Positions 60,132 to 64,000 of a stretch of 64,000 nucleotides of DNA are shown piece by piece. The notes beneath the pieces were generated by a model. It made no database searches and was not told where the DNA came from. It saw nothing but the letters and a program-made list of their open reading frames with translations. Origin of the DNA: Candidatus Thorarchaeota archaeon (lineage in GTDB: Archaea; Asgardarchaeota; Thorarchaeia; Thorarchaeales; Thorarchaeaceae); contig JBHLQH010000012.1 of the NCBI GenBank assembly GCA_048884965.1, positions 28,428-92,427 on the forward strand, read 5' to 3'. Numbering within the stretch: the first letter of the stretch is position 1; every line of letters begins with the position of its first letter. The translations under genes and the position numbers were made by a program.

Positions 60132-60207
60132 TGACCTGCCTCTATAGTCAATCGACTTCACTATATTGATGCTACCCTTTGCATCCCATTCATTGTAGCA
60201 TTTTCTC

Positions 60208-60441
60208 TTAAGGGATTTTAGTTGAAGGATGAACGAGTGCATTTCTTGTATAAGCTCGAAAGAGTCGAACTGCGGCGTTGAACCCATCCTTTACCTCTCT
60301 ACGTAACTTGCATTGAAGGAGTTGCCAAGCGTACATTAGATGATTGCTTGGATCGCCAGGTTCCGTTCCTACCCTTTTCTTCAATTCATCCAAAGAATAC
60401 TCGATTGTGAAGCTATGGAATCCATCATCCTTCACCGGCAC
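60208..60441 (-). CDS. Small hypothetical protein
   Basis: AGGTGG RBS before GTG; fills the gap between FKBP and the PadR gene. Confidence 0.5.
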   Translation of the reverse strand: MPVKDDGFHSFTIEYSLDELKKRVGTEPGDPSNHLMYAWQLLQCKLRREVKDGFNAAVRLFRAYTRNALVHPSTKIP

Positions 60442-60513
60442 CCCACCTTTTAATCATTGAATATTCTTGTTGGGTGCACTCAATCATTTAGTGTCTGCTT
60501 CTATGAAGGGAAA

Positions 60514-60843
60514 CTACTTCAGATTCAAAAGCTCGACTTCAAAGACCAATGTTGAATTTGCAGGAATCAGACCATCTCCAATATCTCGATCTCCATATGC
60601 CATCTCAGGAGGAATCGTCAGTTTTCTTTTCCCACCAATCCTCATTGAAAGAACGCCTTCATCCCATCCTTGAATGACTTGACCAATGCCAATAGTAAAC
60701 TCAAATGGTTCTCCTCGATCGAGAGAGCTGTCAAACTTCTTTCCATCTGTCAGCCATCCTGTATAGTGAACAACTACTTTCTGGCCTCGTTGTGGGGAGG
60801 GTCCGCTTCCGACCACAAGATCCTCAATCAGTAAATCTGCCAT
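60514..60843 (-). CDS. FKBP-type peptidyl-prolyl cis-trans isomerase
   Basis: [49 protein letters not shown]. Start ATG 60843. Confidence 0.97.
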   Translation of the reverse strand: MADLLIEDLVVGSGPSPQRGQKVVVHYTGWLTDGKKFDSSLDRGEPFEFTIGIGQVIQGWDEGVLSMRIGGKRKLTIPPEMAYGDRDIGDGLIPANSTLVFEVELLNLK

Positions 60844-60929
60844 AGTATGATCCATCCTTGACTCACATATTAATGTAGCATATTCAATCACTACCAACCA
60901 TTGGCACAGAACGATTAAATCAGAATATC

Positions 60930-61571
60930 ATGCTGAATTCGAAGGACGAAGAGGAAGTATCTATCATGGATATCACGCCCTATATTCAACAACTCGATCT
61001 ATCAGACAGCATTAGAAGACTCCAAGGCAATGAGGAAGCAGAAGCTCAAAAAAGAGTCGTTGATTTCTTCTTTGGAGAAGAGAACGGCCAGTGTCGTCGA
61101 GATGTCAAATGGCAATATCACGACATGATAGGAGTAATGCTTGGACAACAAGGTAAACCATTGAGCATGAAAGGAGGATCAATTGAGATAAACGAGATAT
61201 ACGTTGGAGAAGCCTCCTTGAATCGAACATACACAATCTATGATGATTCCTATTTGGAATTCATTTCTGACACACTAAAGCATCGCTTGGGTGACAACTG
61301 CTGGTTATTACCATCAAATAGCCTCAACAGACCTAGCGTCTTCGAAGGGCAACTTGCAGCAATTCTTCATCTGGTGAGTCATTATTGGGATGATTTCTAT
61401 GAATTCACTCTCTCATCCCCTGATCTAAAATGGATGGTAGACTATAATCATCATCACTCGATTCTTGTCTATGGGGACAAGGAAGCATCTCGAGCAAAGT
61501 TCCTGTTAGAGGATAGAAGAAAGTGGCGAGAGAGGGTTCTAAGCATCTCATTTCATCCAAAGTCTAAGTGA
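60930..61571 (+). CDS. Hypothetical protein
   Basis: 213-aa ORF filling an intergenic gap; no family recognised. Confidence 0.6.
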   Translation: MLNSKDEEEVSIMDITPYIQQLDLSDSIRRLQGNEEAEAQKRVVDFFFGEENGQCRRDVKWQYHDMIGVMLGQQGKPLSMKGGSIEINEIYVGEASLNRTYTIYDDSYLEFISDTLKHRLGDNCWLLPSNSLNRPSVFEGQLAAILHLVSHYWDDFYEFTLSSPDLKWMVDYNHHHSILVYGDKEASRAKFLLEDRRKWRERVLSISFHPKSK

Positions 61572-61582
61572 TGTGATATCTT

Positions 61583-62671
61583 CTACTCGACATTTCCCAA
61601 TTGCTTGAATGTGACGATCTCATGCAATGTACTTCCTTTTTCCTCAAATGTAGCACCTTCATGAGTAACTCGCATCTTGAAATCTGAATGAACTCGGAAA
61701 TACCCAGGTTTGATCCTCATGATATTTTTCGCCACAAACCTGAGAACAACACCAAAGGCATCAAGCATGTTGACAGCCTCATAGAGCTTGTTGACTCTGA
61801 GGGTTACATCAAGTTCATTGGGAATCCTAATCGAGATTTCTTTTGGATAACTGTGTCCTGCATTCTCGTTGAATTCAAAATTATCCTGAAGGAAATCATA
61901 TTCTCCAGTGCTTAGAATCACTTCTTTCCCTTTTGCGACCATCAGTACCTTAACTACATGATTGTCGACTTTCTCATTACATTGGATGAAGGCATAAGAC
62001 ATTGTGAAGTTCTCAGAATATATTCTTCCCCACATCCAATACTCGATGATACTCTGAAATGAAAAATTGAGCCAATTGTGATCATGGTATCCTACTCCAG
62101 ATACATCCAGAGCCTTCTCACCATCTCGGATCTTTCCAGAAACTGTGGCTCGTGCAAACGGGACTACCCACGCAAAATGACCCAGATCTGAAAAATGTGA
62201 ATAGCCAGTCCCAGGTTTCCAACCTCTGACTTGTGCTTTGTACGTCAGGTGAAACATCAAATCTTCATCCTCTAAGAAAATCTCATAGGTTGGGAGACCG
62301 TCAGCTTCAAACTCAACCTTCATGAAGTTCTCACCAATCTTCACATCAGGTCGATCACGAGAAGCATAGAAATCTGTCTTCTTGTATTTGACAATCTTCT
62401 GGGTCTTTCGGCCATCAGGTCTAAGTAGAGTCAATTCTACTGCAATCTTACCCTGATCAAGTCCGGGATTAGGATAGGCCGCATAGAAGAAAGCAACAAG
62501 AGTGTACCCGCCTTCCAAATGAGCATCAAAGTACCACCATTCAAATTGATTCTTCTTTCCCACTTCAATGTGAAGTGCATCGTCATCCATCTCAAGAGGT
62601 AGTATCGTTCCGTCCTTTCGCCCAGGTCCGGTCCATCCTTCCTTGACATCTGGATTGATATGATCTGACAT
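61583..62671 (-). CDS. CrtC/AttH-like (lipocalin-fold hydratase/cyclase) protein
   Basis: FEWWYFDA, G.GYHDHNW and W.WGR motifs; GGAGG RBS. Confidence 0.8.
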   Translation of the reverse strand: MSDHINPDVKEGWTGPGRKDGTILPLEMDDDALHIEVGKKNQFEWWYFDAHLEGGYTLVAFFYAAYPNPGLDQGKIAVELTLLRPDGRKTQKIVKYKKTDFYASRDRPDVKIGENFMKVEFEADGLPTYEIFLEDEDLMFHLTYKAQVRGWKPGTGYSHFSDLGHFAWVVPFARATVSGKIRDGEKALDVSGVGYHDHNWLNFSFQSIIEYWMWGRIYSENFTMSYAFIQCNEKVDNHVVKVLMVAKGKEVILSTGEYDFLQDNFEFNENAGHSYPKEISIRIPNELDVTLRVNKLYEAVNMLDAFGVVLRFVAKNIMRIKPGYFRVHSDFKMRVTHEGATFEEKGSTLHEIVTFKQLGNVE

Positions 62672-62699
62672 GTATTAGTCCATACCTCCGTTTGATTTA

Positions 62700-63122
62700 C
62701 TATACAAGTAATCTCTCCAATCCCAAATCCTTGAGAACCTGAATATAGATAGGATGTAATGGTTTTATCTTCCCGATAAGACCCAATCCTTTCATCACCG
62801 ACCCAGTAATCTTGACATCTCCTTTGGCCATAGCAACGGATGTTCTAAGCTTTCCCTGCCAGAATTTGTTAGTGACATCTGATTTGCTGTAAACGGTGAT
62901 TTCAGCCTCGGCATTCGAATCAAAACTGAGTATGCCTTGTCGCCCATCAGATCCTTTATTCTTGAAGTCAATTGTTACCTCTAAGTCTGGTTCTTCCACA
63001 ATGAATCGTGCAATGATCTCCGATTCACATAGTCGATCATAGACATGAGGGATTGCGATTGCACGAGGCCAGAACTCCTCGAAGACTTGCATTAATTGAT
63101 CCTTGCTTTCAAAGAATGTCAT
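62700..63122 (-). CDS. SCP2 sterol-carrier-like lipid-binding protein
   Basis: KFWQGKL...AMAKGDVKITG; start overlaps the upstream stop. Confidence 0.85.
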   Translation of the reverse strand: MTFFESKDQLMQVFEEFWPRAIAIPHVYDRLCESEIIARFIVEEPDLEVTIDFKNKGSDGRQGILSFDSNAEAEITVYSKSDVTNKFWQGKLRTSVAMAKGDVKITGSVMKGLGLIGKIKPLHPIYIQVLKDLGLERLLV

Positions 63123-64000
63123 TTTTCTTTCCTCCTAGTTGCTGAAATGTAATGAGAAGAATCCGATACACTATTTGGATCGAAGGCTTCCTTGATTCTT
63201 CTCAAGTATTTTGGATAGTCCATCGTTCTTGATGCATAGTAGTCATGCACCTTATCTCCTACCACAAAGAAGGGCATTCCAAGTGCTTGCTTAAGATCAA
63301 CTTCGTTACATTCATCTTGATATTCTGCATATCCCAAGCAGGACTCCTTTGATGCGCCATCATAGACTGTGGGTACTTCAAGGTGCGCCATGTGACCACC
63401 TTCATAGGTCGTTGTCCATATTCCTTCACCTTGGTCATCACCAATCACACCCTTCTCTATGTATTTGTTTTTGATTGGTGCGTTGACCTGTGCAATCTTC
63501 ACTGCCATAGCCACTGTATCCATCCCACCATGAGTGCTCTGGAAGCAGTTTGAGAATCTAAATGCATGCCCTCCAAGCATGTTCCTGATAGTTTCCGCAT
63601 AGTGAGAAGGACGCGGTGATATCAGGCCTACCTCTATGAGATCCTCACCTTCGTATTTTTCCATGATTGCTCGTAATAGTTTAACTCGGTAGTTGAATTC
63701 CCTCTTAGTATGAGCAGTGATGAGTATGACGAAATATCTCCTTGTACGCTCTAAGAGACCTCCGAAGATCACTTCGAGGGCTTCCATCTTTGTGTCCGTG
63801 AATAATGCTGCGAGTCCTTCAGATGAAGAGGTTGTAGCCATCATCACAGCATCATGGTCACTGATCTCATAGAAGGCTGCCTCATACTGCTCCCACTCTT
63901 GGAAGTTCAGGACAAACATCTTCCAGAATGGAGGAACTTCCCAATCATAGCTTGGGATAGTCCCACTTGTTTTCCACTTCCAATCCTTTGGAGCAGGGAA
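63119..64000 (-). CDS. C-terminal part of an FAD-linked oxidase (VAO/PCMH family), truncated by the window end
   Basis: The frame stays open to 64000; C-terminal YLRRIKEAFDPN motif. Confidence 0.75.
   Translation of the reverse strand, partial: FPAPKDWKWKTSGTIPSYDWEVPPFWKMFVLNFQEWEQYEAAFYEISDHDAVMMATTSSSEGLAALFTDTKMEALEVIFGGLLERTRRYFVILITAHTKREFNYRVKLLRAIMEKYEGEDLIEVGLISPRPSHYAETIRNMLGGHAFRFSNCFQSTHGGMDTVAMAVKIAQVNAPIKNKYIEKGVIGDDQGEGIWTTTYEGGHMAHLEVPTVYDGASKESCLGYAEYQDECNEVDLKQALGMPFFVVGDKVHDYYASRTMDYPKYLRRIKEAFDPNSVSDSSHYISATRRKEK

Noticed and set aside
1-64000. tRNA, rRNA and CRISPR arrays; numerous short antisense ORFs in the track
   Set aside because: No cloverleaf, rRNA-like or repeat-spacer pattern was seen; the short ORFs nested antisense within long, well-supported genes lack motifs.

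Overview
Archaeal genomic DNA, very probably an Asgard archaeon of the Thorarchaeia type. This is inferred from tandem-wHTH Lrp/AsnC paralogues, an 'MKPLRTITNY' TPR family member, NosD/beta-helix and TSP3 surface proteins, an 'IDLxPL' LRR protein, a Rab-like GTPase and GGAGG/GGTGA ribosome-binding sites. Two AT-richer accessory blocks stand out. (i) 1-9.8 kb is the distal end of an extracellular contractile injection system (eCIS): tail-protein C-terminus, DUF6519 beta-helix protein, HhH protein, and two DUF4157 effectors with an HNH-type nuclease tip and a C39-like peptidase tip. (ii) 37.9-54.9 kb is a protease/immunity block: cytoplasmic trypsin, Zn-ribbon-3TM protein, caspase(C14)-TIR fusion, two tandem TIR-nSTAND1-WD40 NLR-like receptors whose TIRs lack the canonical catalytic Glu, a TPR protein, a B12 radical SAM with an NHLP-like precursor peptide, and a gingipain-like C25 protease. 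The caspase-TIR plus TIR-STAND-WD40 set mirrors the Apaf-1/caspase-9 apoptosome architecture and is the best candidate for an undescribed system. Also notable: two Gly/Arg-tailed SSB-like paralogues 44 kb apart share a ~140-nt structured 5' leader with a compensatory base-pair change. No rRNA, tRNA, CRISPR array, integrase or transposase was recognised. All domain calls are by motif recognition by eye; no database search was run.
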